The notes beneath the pieces are model-generated. The model saw nothing but the letters and a program-made list of their open reading frames with translations, did not search any database and was not told where the DNA came from. Below are positions 1-11,594 of a stretch of 64,000 bases of DNA, in pieces. Source of the DNA: an uncultured Chloroflexia bacterium (GTDB lineage: Bacteria; Chloroflexota; Limnocylindria; Limnocylindrales; CSP1-4); the NCBI GenBank assembly GCA_963712745.1, contig CAVQJC010000006.1, positions 160,001-224,000 on the forward strand. Reading direction: 5' to 3'. Position 1 is the first letter of the stretch. Each line of letters opens with the position of its first letter. The position numbers and the translations under genes were made by a program.

Positions 1-100
1 GGCGAAGCCGGTGCGCACAGACCACGCCCACTTGCGGATCGCGGCCGGCGCGCTCGCGAATGAGGGCAGCCGCCCGGTCGGCGGCGGCGCGCGTGTCCAT
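1..100 (-). CDS. N-terminal part of a probable purine nucleoside phosphorylase (runs off window)
   Basis: Manual translation MDTRAAADRAAALIRERAGRDPQVGVVC(x)TGF resembles the PNP N-terminus (…IRER…P.IG.ILGSG); TATGCT lies 7 nt upstream of the ATG. Confidence 0.5.
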   Translation of the reverse strand, partial: MDTRAAADRAAALIRERAGRDPQVGVVCAHRLR

Positions 101-202
101 GGCCCACAGCATACGGGCGCGCCGAGGCGGCCGAGACGCCTTGCCGCCCTGGGTGCCGCGAACGTAGACTCGGAGGTGCCACCCCGTCCCAGGAGGTTCC
201 TC

Positions 203-1827
203 GTGAGAAAGGCCCTACCGACCCTGCTGCTGAGCGTGCTGCTGGCAGCGGTCATGGCATCGTTCGCAGCCGTCGTCTCTGCCCAGTCCGAGCCTCAGCG
301 TGGAGGACGGCTCGAGCTCATGGCGGCCAATGACCTGACCACGCTCGACAACAGCCAAGTCCTGGATCTCGACTACAACATGGTCGCCGGAGCCCTCTAC
401 GAGGGGCTCTATCACTTCGACCCGCAGGGCCAGCTCGAGTCGGGCCTGGCCGACGGCATGCCCCGAGATCTCGGACGACGGGCTTATCTACACCTTCAAG
501 ATCAAGCCGGGTGCGATGTTCGCCGGGCCCGACTTCGAGCCTCGCGAGGTGACGGCGGCCGACGTCGCCTACGGCATGACCCGGGCGCTCGACCCGGACC
601 CGGTCGGCGCTCCGTATGCATCCTGGGGCGGCGGCTACCTCTTCCCCATCAAGGGCGCGGCCGAGTTCAACACCGGCGAGGCGGACGCTGTGGAGGGCAT
701 CAAGGTCCTCGACGACCACACCCTGCAGGTCACGCTCACCGAGCCGGCCTCGACGTTCCTGCTGGGTCTCACCATCGCGACCAGCTGGCCGGTGCCGGAA
801 GAAGCGGTGAAGGAACGCGGCGAGGGCTTCGCCAACCGCCCGGTCGGCGCCGGCCCGTTCTTCGTCAAGGAATGGAACAAGGGCTCCGACATCACCATCG
901 CCCGCAACCCCGGCTACGTCGACCCCGACCTGCCCTACCTCGATGAGATCTTCGTCGACCTGGGCGTCGACGAGAACACCCAGAAGCTGCGCCTCGAGTC
1001 GGGCCAGGCGGACGGCGTCTTCGAGCAGTTCGCGCTGTCTCCCCAGTCGCTGCGTGAACTGCGCGATGTACCCACGCTGACGCTGGCCGAGTCGGTCGGT
1101 CCACGCATCTTCTACCTGGCTCTCAACAACGATGGCATCCTCAAGGACAAGGACCTGCGCCAGGCGGTGGCCCAGGCCATGACCACGGACTTCACCGTCC
1201 GCTTCGGCGGGCTGGCCAAGCCCTGGAACCAGCTCATGAGCTCGACCTCCGCGCAATCGGACCCGAACGGGACCATTACCTATGCTCACGACCCCGAGGC
1301 GAGCGGCGGCCCTTCTGGAGTCCGCCGGCTACGACGGAACGCCACTCAAGATCGTCTACGACGTGACCGACCCCTACACCACCCAGAACGCCTCCCAGCT
1401 GACGCAGGACCTGGAAGCCGTCGGCTTCGAGGTCGATGCTCAGGGGGCTGCAGAAGGTCGAGTTCTACAGCGCCATCCTTCGAGCCCGAGGCATTCGACA
1501 TCTCGTCGACCTACTGGAGCGCCGACTACCCCGACGCCCAGGACTTCATCTCCACCAACTTCATCTGCGACACGATCGGCGTCCTCAACATCTCGCGCTT
1601 CTGCGACGAGTCCATCGACAAGGCCTTCTTCGCCACCGAGCGCATGGACTTCGGCCCCAAGCGCGATGCCGCCCTGCGAGACGTCCAGCAGCGGCTCATC
1701 GACGAGCTGGCCGGGGTGCCGGTGATGGAGGTCACGCCGGTGGCCGTGTTCGGCGAGCGGGTCGGCGACATCCCCACGCTGGCCACCTACGCGCCCTTCG
1801 ACTGGAAGCGGGCCTGGGTGAAGGCCG

Positions 1828-1835
<8 letters not shown>
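203..1835 (+). CDS. ABC transporter substrate-binding protein, family 5 (OppA/DppA/NikA-like), frameshifted
   Basis: AGGAGG then GTG at 203; signal peptide; LYEGL…F, VTAADVAY, PVGAGPF…W motifs; coding frame switches between ORFs 11..946, 516..1835, 1282..1725 and 1436..1888. Confidence 0.9.
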
Positions 1836-2831
<996 letters not shown>

Positions 2832-2835
<4 letters not shown>

Positions 2836-3689
2836 TCGGGCCCGTCCTCGCCCCGGCACGCGCGCCGGAGCCGACGCGATGGGGCCTGCGCATCGGCATC
2901 GGCCTGTTGATCGATGCTGGCCTTGCTCGTGGTGCTCTATCCGCTGGTGTCGTCCGTCGATCCCGACGTACGAGTCGGTCGCGGGCCTGACCGAGCTCGG
3001 CGAGCCCCTCGGCCCGGGCGCGGACGGCTATCCCCTGGGCACCGACCCCCGCGGCCGGGACATGCTCGCGCGGGTCATCCAGGCCGGCGGGCTGACCATG
3101 CTCACCGCGCTGTCGGCCGTCGCTCATCGCCACCCTGGCCGGCCTCGCCGTGGGCCTGCTGGCGGCCAACACCAGGCGCTTCGCGGGCTCGGTGCTGATG
3201 CGCTTCACGGACCTGGGCCTGGCCATCCCCGGCCTGCTGCTGGCGGCAGCCATCTCGACCATCCTGGGGCGGGGCACGCTCTCGCTCATCGTGGGTCTGG
3301 CCGCGGTCTTCTGGGCACCGATCGCGCGGGTGACCTACGGCCAGGCCGTGGTCCTGCGCGAGCGGGACTACGTGGAGGCCGCGCGCGTCATGGGCGGCGG
3401 GACCACGACGGTCATGCTGCGGCACATCCTGCCCCACCTGCTGCCGGTGGTCGGCGCCTACGCCGCACTGTCGGTCGGCTGGGCCGTGCTCTTCGAGTCG
3501 GCCCTGGGCTTCCTCGGAGCCGGCGTCCAGGAGCCGCAGGCGTCGATCGGCTCGATGCTCGGTCAGCACCTCATCTACTACCGCAGCCACCCCGCTCTCA
3601 TCGTCATCCCGGCCATCTTCCTGGCCGTGCTCGTCATGGCTGCCAACCTGGTGGGCGAGTCGCTGCGCACCCGCACCGAGGAGCGCTGA
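2832..3689 (+). CDS. Peptide/nickel ABC permease (OppC/DppC-like), frameshifted
   Basis: YPLGTDPRGRDMLARV, DYVEAARVMG (EAA loop), RHILPH, ESALGFLGAG. Confidence 0.88.
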
Positions 3690-4609
3690 TGGGCTGGTAC
3701 ATCGGCCGGCGTCTGCTGGCAGCCTTGGTCACGGTCTGGATCGTGGCCACGGCCGGATTCCTGCTGGTCGAGATCATCCCCGGCGACCCGGCCCGGCAGC
3801 TGGCCGGCCCGAGCGCCTCGGCCGAGTCGCTGGCGGCCATCCGCGAGGCCTACGGCTTCGACGATCCGCTGCCGGTCCGCTACCTGGATTCTCTGGGCCG
3901 CATGGCGCGGGGCGACCTGGGTTACAGCTTCGCCAAGGCCGAACCGGTCAGGGACGTGCTCCTGCGCTCGCTGCCGCCGACGCTGCTGCTCACCGGCCTG
4001 GCCTTCCTGGTCGAGATCCTCATCGCCATCCCGCTTGCGCTGTGGGTGGTCAGCCGCGGCGGGCTGGCCGACCGCGTGCTGGTCATCGTGGCGGGCTTCA
4101 CGGCCGCCATCCCGGCCTTCCTGGTGGGCCTCCTGCTGATATACCTCTTCGCCTTCCGCTGGCGCATCTTCCCCCTGGGTGGCGCCGGCGAACCGGCTGC
4201 CTACGCGCTGCCCGTGATCACCCTGGGCATTCCCTTCGGGCTGGTGTTGGCCCGGTTGCTGCGCACGTCCCTGCTCGAGCAGCAGAGCCAGCCCTACATC
4301 ACGTTCAGCTCAGCTCTCGGGGAGCGGCCGTGGTCGGTGCGCTGGCGGCATCTGCTGCCCAACGCGCTGCTGCCCCTGCTGTCGATCCTCGCGCTCGACT
4401 TCGCAGGCCTGTTCTCCAGCGTGGCCGTGGTCGAGGTGGCCTTCTCCATGCCCGGCCTCGGGGCCGACCTGCTGCTCGGCCTCAAGCGCCTCGACACCGC
4501 GCTCATCGTCGGCATCGGCATCGTGGCCGGCCTGCTCGTGGCCGTGGTGAACCTGCTGGCGGACGTGGCCGTCATCGCCATCGACCCGCGCGTCCGGCGC
4601 AGCGACTAG
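3689..4609 (+). CDS. Peptide/nickel ABC permease (OppB/DppB-like)
   Basis: MGWYIGRRLL…IPGDPA…GDLGYS…RHLLPNALLP…IDPRVR; ATG overlaps upstream TGA. Confidence 0.92.
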   Translation: MGWYIGRRLLAALVTVWIVATAGFLLVEIIPGDPARQLAGPSASAESLAAIREAYGFDDPLPVRYLDSLGRMARGDLGYSFAKAEPVRDVLLRSLPPTLLLTGLAFLVEILIAIPLALWVVSRGGLADRVLVIVAGFTAAIPAFLVGLLLIYLFAFRWRIFPLGGAGEPAAYALPVITLGIPFGLVLARLLRTSLLEQQSQPYITFSSALGERPWSVRWRHLLPNALLPLLSILALDFAGLFSSVAVVEVAFSMPGLGADLLLGLKRLDTALIVGIGIVAGLLVAVVNLLADVAVIAIDPRVRRSD

Positions 4610-4615
4610 CCCGAC

Positions 4616-5404
4616 CTAGCCGGACCGGTCGTGCAGCATCGCGGCCAGCAGCTCCTTCGTATAGGGCTCCCGCGGGTCCTCGAAGACCTCTTCACGCGTG
4701 CCCGTTTCCACGATCCGTCCGTCGCGCATGACCGAGACGCGATGCGCGATATGGCGGACCACCGCGAGGTCATGCGCGATGAACAGGTAGCTCAGGCCGC
4801 GCTCCGCCTGCAGGTCCATCAGCAGGTTGAGGATCTGGCCCTGGACCGAGACGTCGAGGGCGGACACCGGCTCGTCGCAGATGATGAGGTCGGGCTCCAG
4901 GGCCAGGGCCCTGGCGATGCCGACACGTTGCAGCTGCCCCCCGGAGAACGAGGACGGTCGACGGTCACCCAGGACCGGGTCGATACCGACCCGCTCCAGC
5001 AACTCGTCTGCACGGCGATGACGCTCATCGCGGTCATACAGCCGGTGGATGACCCAAGGCTCGGCCACGATGTCGCGGACCCGGAAGCGCGGGTCGACCG
5101 AGGAGAACGGGTCCTGATAGATCAGCTGCATGTGCCGCCGCATCCGACGCAACGCAGCACCCTCCAGAGCGAAGAGGTCCTCACCGCGGAACGTGGCGGT
5201 ACCGGCATCGGGCTCGAGCAGCCGCAAGAGGATGCGTCCGGTGGTGGACTTGCCAGAACCCGACTCACCGACCAGGCCATGCGTCTGGCCCGCATCGACG
5301 CGGACGTCCACGTTCTGCACCGCGCGCACGACGCGCCGTTTCCTTCCCCGGCCGCTGGCGAACGCCTTGGAGAGGCCGCGCGCGTCAAGCAGTAGCTCAC
5401 CCAT
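4616..5404 (-). CDS. Peptide/nickel ABC transporter ATP-binding protein (OppF/DppF-like)
   Basis: GLVGESGSGKST, FSGGQLQRVGIARAL, ICDEPVSALDVSVQ, FIAHDLAVV, PYTKELL. Confidence 0.93.
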   Translation of the reverse strand: MGELLLDARGLSKAFASGRGRKRRVVRAVQNVDVRVDAGQTHGLVGESGSGKSTTGRILLRLLEPDAGTATFRGEDLFALEGAALRRMRRHMQLIYQDPFSSVDPRFRVRDIVAEPWVIHRLYDRDERHRRADELLERVGIDPVLGDRRPSSFSGGQLQRVGIARALALEPDLIICDEPVSALDVSVQGQILNLLMDLQAERGLSYLFIAHDLAVVRHIAHRVSVMRDGRIVETGTREEVFEDPREPYTKELLAAMLHDRSG

Positions 5405-5616
5405 GCGTCGCAGCGTAGCGTCCCCAGGCCGCAGACAGGCCGGGCCGGCGAGCCGACCCGGGCAGATGGGACTCCCGATACCCAACGACCCGGTTGCACG
5501 GTGCTCGATCTCTTCAGCCCGCCCAGCAAGAAGACGGGGGTCGATCGGACCTAGCCCCGATGGCAGGCCACGCGGCCGTCACCGCTGACGATCAGAGCGA
5601 GCCTGCCGCCCCTCTG

Positions 5617-5889
5617 TCAGGACGTCGCCGCGTCGTCGGCTTCCCCCTCCACGTCGATGGAGACGAGGCGAAGGTCGGTCGGCTCGTCGGTCTCGGTGAG
5701 ATGGAGTACGGCACCCTCGGCTGGCGTGCCAGTGGCGTGCTGTTCCCAGTGGAAGCGGAGGGCGTCCTCGGAGACGCGGGCCAGCGCTCCGGCCTCGAGA
5801 TAGACCGAGGTGACGCGAGCGGCCCCGGCCCCCGCGGCTTCTTCCACGACGATGTCCAGGATGCGGTCGACGATGCCGGCTTCGTGCAC
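5617..5889 (-). CDS. hypA: Hydrogenase nickel metallochaperone HypA homologue lacking the Zn-finger
   Basis: MHE N-terminus, V.LE.G.L..V..DALRF, T.AEGA.L, C-terminal L.L.SIDVE; no Cys; GGAGG RBS; downstream of hydrogenase genes. Confidence 0.85.
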   Translation of the reverse strand: MHEAGIVDRILDIVVEEAAGAGAARVTSVYLEAGALARVSEDALRFHWEQHATGTPAEGAVLHLTETDEPTDLRLVSIDVEGEADDAATS

Positions 5890-5996
5890 GTGTACCTCCG
5901 AGAGCGGATGGATGGGGCCGGGCAGGGGCCCTTGTCAGCCGAGAGTCTCGCTGATTGACACCCGGATCGCCTCTGCCGCTGCCCGAGGCGAGGGCC

Positions 5997-6596
5997 TCAG
6001 GCGGGCACCGCCGCCTTGCCCTCGATCAGGGCCATGGCCCTGTCCACCACCTCGGGCACCGCCGCCTCCACGAGCTCGGTCATACCTCCGCCTACGGTCC
6101 AGTAGTCCCCCGCCTCGACGGCCACGATGACCAGGTCAGCCGGCACCTCCAGGCCAAGAGCACGGGCCACATCGAGCGTCTCCAGGATCCCGATGTAGTG
6201 AGGCGAGGAGCCTCGAGGACCATCGAGGTCGCTCTCCTTCAGCTCAAGCACCGTGCCCGGGTCAGCCGCCCCGGTGACGACTGAATCGATGATGATGAGC
6301 CTGGAAGCCCCCACGACCGCGTCGAGCAGGTACATGCCGGTCAGGGCAGTCTCCACGAGCTCGACCCTCCCGACCCGTGGGAGTGCGAAGGCGCGCACCG
6401 TCAACGCCGGGTCGACCGCGTCCTTCGGATCGGCCGGCGTTCCGGCGAGAGCGAGACGTCCGATGAGCGCGCGAGCCGCGACGATGCCCACGCCATCATC
6501 CGAGATCAGCTCGTTGCCCAGGCACAGTACCCGGGTAGACCCACCGACGGCACCGCTCCGCTCGGCGGTGCCGTTACTCGCGGTGGAGACTTCCAT
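5997..6596 (-). CDS. Hydrogenase maturation endopeptidase (HyaD/HycI family)
   Basis: VLCLGNELISDDGVG, LIIIDSV, SSPHYIG motifs; follows large subunit. Confidence 0.92.
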   Translation of the reverse strand: MEVSTASNGTAERSGAVGGSTRVLCLGNELISDDGVGIVAARALIGRLALAGTPADPKDAVDPALTVRAFALPRVGRVELVETALTGMYLLDAVVGASRLIIIDSVVTGAADPGTVLELKESDLDGPRGSSPHYIGILETLDVARALGLEVPADLVIVAVEAGDYWTVGGGMTELVEAAVPEVVDRAMALIEGKAAVPA

Positions 6597-8127
6597 CGGA
6601 GTCGCGGCGGAGCAACGAGACTGGCTCGCCGTCCGAGCCCCGCACCGCCACGATCAGCGGCATGCTCCCAGGAAGGGAGTGAGTGGCACAGGCATGGCAG
6701 GGGTCGTACGCACGGAAGGCCATCTCCACCTTGTTGAGGATGCCCTCGGACACCGTCCCCTTCGAGATCAGCCCCTCTGCCGCCTTCTGCACGCTCATCG
6801 CGATGCGCGCCGAATTGTTCTGAGTTGCGACGATCAGGTTGGCCTTCTCGATGATGCCGCGAGAGTCGGTGACGTAGTGATGGAAGAGTGTGCCGCGAGG
6901 CGCTTCCACCACCCCGACACCCTCGTGCGGCGTCTTGGTGGGCAGGGTACGAACCTCCGGGTCGACGAGCTCCGGGTCGTCAGCCAGCTCCTTGAGGCGC
7001 TCCGCCGCGTAGAGCAGTTCCACGACCCGGGCCCAGTGGTTGGCCAGGGTATGGTGCACCGGCTTGCCGCCGAGCGTGGAGTACATCTCCTCGTACGCCT
7101 CCTGGGCCAGCGGAGTGGCCATGGCGTCAGCGGCATTCAGCCGGGCCAGAGGTGCGACCGAGTAGATGCCGCTCTCAGGACCTTCGGTGAAGCCGTTCCA
7201 GCCCACCGGCTTGAGGTAGCAGAACTTGGTGTATGACCAGGGCTCGACATGCTCCGCCACGATGTCGAGGTAGTCGGCGGCGTCGAAGGTCCTCCATTCG
7301 CTACCCTCGGGACTGACCACGCGGATGCGCCCGTCGTAGAAGTTGGGCCGCACCTGCTCGTCCATGAGTCCCATGTAGTAGGTGCGGTGGGTATAGGCGT
7401 CGGAGACGATCAGGTCGACGTATGCCGGGTTGGCCAGCACGACCGAGTGGAAGAGGTCCAGGGTAAAGCGAGCGAAATCCACCGCATCCGCGGCCGTCTC
7501 CTTGATCTGTGCCTGGTCCTCCGCCGTGACGCGCTTGGCGACGCCCCCCGGCAGCCCGAGGACAGGGTGGATGACCTTCCCGCCCGTCATGGAGATGATC
7601 TCCCGCAGGCGGCGTCGCATGGAGATCACCTTCAGCCCGGCCTCTTCGCCCACGGTGGCGATGACGCCGAGGACGTTGCGTTGGGCGGCTGGCGCCTCCG
7701 GGCCCACGACGAAGTCGGGACCGCCGAGGAAGTAGAAGTGCAGCGCGTGGTCCTCGACCATGAATGCCGAGTAGACGAGCTCGCGAATCTTCTTGGCCGC
7801 CGGCGGTGGCTCTACCTGGTAGAGCGCGTCGAGCGCCTTGGTGGCCGCCATGTGATGCGCCGTCGGGCAGACACCGCAGATGCGGGAGGTGATCTGGGGC
7901 ATGTCCTCGGCAGGGCGGCCCTGGGCGAACTTCTCGAACCCACGCAACTCCGGGACCTGGAAGTAGGCACGATCCACGTCCCCCGCCTCGTCGAGGAAGA
8001 TGTCGATCTTGCCGTGCCCTTCGAGGCGGGTGATGGGATCGATGGTGATGCGGCGTCGGGCGTAGGCAGTCTGGGCCCCCTGGGAACCTCGCTGCCATGC
8101 TTCCTGGGTGGTCATCTCATCGGGCAT
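6574..8127 (-). CDS. mvhA: [NiFe] hydrogenase large subunit, MvhA-type (group 3c)
   Basis: DPITRLEGHGKI, RGFEKF, SRICGVCPTAH (L1), RAYDPCHACATH (L2) plus cleavable C-terminal extension; synteny with mvhG/mvhD/hdrA. Confidence 0.93.
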   Translation of the reverse strand: MPDEMTTQEAWQRGSQGAQTAYARRRITIDPITRLEGHGKIDIFLDEAGDVDRAYFQVPELRGFEKFAQGRPAEDMPQITSRICGVCPTAHHMAATKALDALYQVEPPPAAKKIRELVYSAFMVEDHALHFYFLGGPDFVVGPEAPAAQRNVLGVIATVGEEAGLKVISMRRRLREIISMTGGKVIHPVLGLPGGVAKRVTAEDQAQIKETAADAVDFARFTLDLFHSVVLANPAYVDLIVSDAYTHRTYYMGLMDEQVRPNFYDGRIRVVSPEGSEWRTFDAADYLDIVAEHVEPWSYTKFCYLKPVGWNGFTEGPESGIYSVAPLARLNAADAMATPLAQEAYEEMYSTLGGKPVHHTLANHWARVVELLYAAERLKELADDPELVDPEVRTLPTKTPHEGVGVVEAPRGTLFHHYVTDSRGIIEKANLIVATQNNSARIAMSVQKAAEGLISKGTVSEGILNKVEMAFRAYDPCHACATHSLPGSMPLIVAVRGSDGEPVSLLRRDSDGSLHRE

Positions 8128-8140
8128 GTCTCTGGGCTCC

Positions 8141-9123
8141 TCAGGCGTCGACGGGAGTCATCTTGCGCCGGCGCAGCAGTGAACTGGCCAGGCCATAGCG
8201 GTAGAACGTGCCGATGGGGTCAGGGATGCTGTCGAGGGCGGAGTCGATATCCTCGTCCTCGAGGGCCGAGAGCATCGAAGCCACGGCCGACAGGTACTTG
8301 CCACCCTGGTCGTGCACCCTGCTGGTGGGACCGAAGCAGCCGGTACAGGGCATGTTCCCGTTGATGCACAGCTGGCCGCAGCCCGCCCTGGTGGCCGGTC
8401 CCATGCACAACAAACCCTGGGCCAGCAGGCAGGTCTCCTCGTCGATGAGGACCTCGTGGGGACGCAGGAAGCGCTCCAGGCTCAGGTCCTGCGGCTTGGA
8501 CTCGAGGCGGGGGCACTCCTCGCACAGGGAGATGTCTGGCGTCAGGACCGTCCCCGCGGGCGGCAGGTCGCCGCTCAGCAGCGTCTGGACCGCATCGGCG
8601 ATGACGTTCGGCGTGGGCGCGCAGCCCGGGATGTAGTAGTCCACCGACGTGACCTGGTCGAGGACCTGGACCGTTTGGTAGAAGCCGGGGAGGGTCAGCG
8701 TACTCGCCGTTGTGCGGCGTCTTGACCGACGGCAGGACGCCGTCCGGATTGTCGGTCGACGACGTTGTCGAGGTAGACGGCCTGGAAGATGTCATCCCGG
8801 TCCCACAGGTTGGCGAGGGCAGGGATGCCACCGAGATGGGCGCAGGAGCCGAAGGCCACCAGCACCTTCGATTTCCGCCGCAGCAGGTGGGCCATCTCCT
8901 CCTGCTCGGTGGTGCGGATGGAGCCGTTCACGAAGGCGGCCAGGATGGACCCGTCCTCCATGGCCTCCACATCGGCCTTCTTGAAGTCAAGTGCCACCGG
9001 CCAGAAGACGATGTCGACCGCGGCGACCACGTCGAGGATCTGCTCGGCGAGGTCAACGATGGCCTCTTCGCAGCCCCCGCATGAGGAGCACCAGTAGAAG
9101 GCGACCTTCGGCTTGTCGCTCAT
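8141..9123 (-). CDS. mvhG: [NiFe] hydrogenase small subunit, MvhG-type, frameshifted
   Basis: WCSSCGGCE, VAFGSCAHLGGIP, YYIPGCAP, LCEECP, CLLAQGLLCMGPATRAGC…C…PCTGCFGP; frame changes near 8650-8770. Confidence 0.9.
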
Positions 9124-9608
9124 GCCGTCACCTCCGCCAGCTCTGCGACTTCGGAGAACTCCTCGGCCGGCACTTCCACGTGCAGCGGCCCGAGCTCGTT
9201 CAGGTGCTCCACCATGTCGTTCATCACGTCGCGCAGCTTGTCGGCCTCGGCGGCGGAGATCCACTCGAGGCGGATGCGTTCCTCCTCGATGCCCATGCCC
9301 ACCAGGACCCGCTTCAGCAGCCGGAAGCGGCGCGCCGCCTTGTGGTTGCCCGACTGGTAGTGGCAGTCGCCGAAGTGGCAGCCGCCGATGAGCACGCCGT
9401 CGGCACCGTTGGCGAACGCTTCCATGACGAACTGGGGGTCGACCCGGCCGGAGCACATCACCCGGATGACCCGCGCGTTCGGTGCGTACTTCATGCGCGA
9501 GGTGCCGGCCAGGTCGGCCGCCAGGTAGGTGCACCAGTTGCAGAAGAAGGCGACGATCTTCGGCTCCCAGCCGGCGCCGTCCTGCGGCACTGCGTTCGGT
9601 TCAGACAT
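9120..9608 (-). CDS. mvhD: Hydrogenase iron-sulfur subunit MvhD (2Fe-2S)
   Basis: IVAFFCNWCTY, IRVMCSGRVDP, GGCHFGDCHY, RLEWISAAE. Confidence 0.95.
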   Translation of the reverse strand: MSEPNAVPQDGAGWEPKIVAFFCNWCTYLAADLAGTSRMKYAPNARVIRVMCSGRVDPQFVMEAFANGADGVLIGGCHFGDCHYQSGNHKAARRFRLLKRVLVGMGIEEERIRLEWISAAEADKLRDVMNDMVEHLNELGPLHVEVPAEEFSEVAELAEVTA

Positions 9609-11594
9609 GTGCCAGCACCCCCAGGATCTCCTCGTAGATCTCTTCGTCCTCGAACAGGTTCTGCCGGATCGATCCGGACGGGCAGGCGGCGACGCAGACG
9701 CCACAGCCCTTGCAGAGCACCGGGTTGATCTCCGCCTTCTCGTCCACCCGGGTGATGGCCGTGTAGGGGCAGAGCGGGATGCAGGTCTTGCAGCCCGAGC
9801 ATTCCTCCGTCACCACGTACGCGGTGTTGGGCTCCATCTCGACATAGCCACGGTCGATCAGGGCCAGCGCCTCGGAGGCGGCGGCCCCGGCCTGGGCCAC
9901 GGTGTCGGGGATGTCCTTGGGCCCCTGGCAGGCGCCGGCGAGGAAGATGCCGTCCGTGAACGTGCTCACCGGAGCGAGCTTCGGGTGGCGCTCCATGAAG
10001 AAGCCGCCCGAGGCGCAGGTGATGTTGAAGGTGCGGCGAACGTCCTCGGCGTCGGCCTGCGGCTCCAGGCCGGTCGCCAGGACCAGCATGTCGACGGGGA
10101 TCTTGCGCACCCGGCCGAGCAGCGTGTCCTCCGCCTGAAGGATCACCCTCCCGGTGTCACCGTCCTCCGGGTACACGTCGCGCTACCTTGCCCCGGATGA
10201 AGTGGACCCCCTCCTCGGCGACCCGGTTGTAGAACTCCTCCATGCCCTTCCCGGCCGCGCGGATGTCGATGTAGAAGTTGTAGATCTCCGCCCCGGTCTT
10301 CTCCTTGACCAGGTGCGCCAGCTTCAGGGAGTACATGCAGCAGACACGGGAGCAGTACTCGTTGGTGTTGACGTCGCGACTGCCGATGCAGTGGACGATC
10401 CCCACCGTCTTCGGCGTCCGGCCGTCGCGCAAGGTAACGTGCCCCTCGGTCGGACCCGACGAGTTCACCAGCCGCTCCAGCTCCAGGGCGGTGTAGACCT
10501 CTGGGTAGGCTCCGTAGCCGTACGTCGGGAGTCCGCTTCGGGTCGAAGGTCTTGAAGCCGGTGGCGAGGATGACCGCGCCGACCTCGACCGTGTCGAACG
10601 TCTCCGTCTGCGTGAAGTCGATGGCGTTGCGGTCGGCGCAGACCTCCACGCAGGTCTTCTTGCAGCGACCGCTCTTGAATTCGATGCAGGCCTCCTGGTC
10701 GATGACCACCAACGGCGGCACGGCCTGGGGGAAGGGGATGTAGACCGGCTTGCGCATGCTCAGGCCGAGGTTGAACTCGTCGGGGGTCTTGCCCACCTTG
10801 TAGACGCAGGCGTCGATGCACTCGAGACAGCCGACGCAGGCGTCCTCGACGATGAAGCGCGGCTTGTGGCGCACGGTCACCGTGTAGTTGCCCACGTAGC
10901 CGTCGACGTTGTCGACCTCGGCCATCGTCCACAGCGTGATGTTGGGGTTGGAGCGCACCTCGGTCATCTTCGGAGTGAGGATGCAGGCGGCGCAGTCGAG
11001 CGTCGGGAAGGTCTTGTCGAACTGGGCCATGTGCCCGCCGATCGATGGCTCCCGTTCGACGAGGTAGACATGCTTGCCGGCGTTGGCCATGGTCAGGGCG
11101 GCGTGGATGCCGGCGATGCCGCCGCCCACGACCATCACCGCCGGCGTGACATCGACCCGCTGCCGCTCGAGCGGCTTGTGGAAGCGCACGCGGTGGACGG
11201 CGGCGCGGATGAGGTCCTTGGCCTTGAAGGTCGCCTCGTTCATGTCGATGTGGACCCAGGCATCCTGCTCCCGGATGTTCACCATCTGGAAGAAGTAGGG
11301 GTTGAGGCCGCCCTCCGATGTGGCTCGGCGGAAGGTGGTCTCGTGGAGGCTGGGCGAGCAGGAGGCGACGACGACCCGGTCGAGGCCATTGGCCTTGATG
11401 TCCTCCTTGATGAGCTCCTGGCCGGGGTCGGAGCACATGTACTTGTAGCCCCGGGCCACCGCCACGCCGGGGAGGCCCTCGGCGAACTGGCGCACCGCTT
11501 CCACGTCGACCGTAGCGGCGATGTTGGTGCCGCAGTGGCAGACGTAGACCCCGATCTTCGGCTGGCCGTTACCGTTCGTGTCGGCCCGGTTCAT
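9601..11594 (-). CDS. hdrA: Heterodisulfide reductase subunit A family flavoprotein, frameshifted
   Basis: IGVYVCHCGTNI, VVGGGIAG, KTFPTLDCAACIL, HCIGSRD…YCSRVCCMYSLK, GACQGPKDIP, two C-terminal CxxCxxCxxxCP; shifts near 10530 and 10180. Confidence 0.93.

Noticed and set aside
6574-11594. Selenocysteine-containing hydrogenase or HdrA
   Set aside because: The relevant positions are Cys codons (DPCHAC, TLDCAAC, GDCHY); breaks are frameshifts, not in-frame TGA
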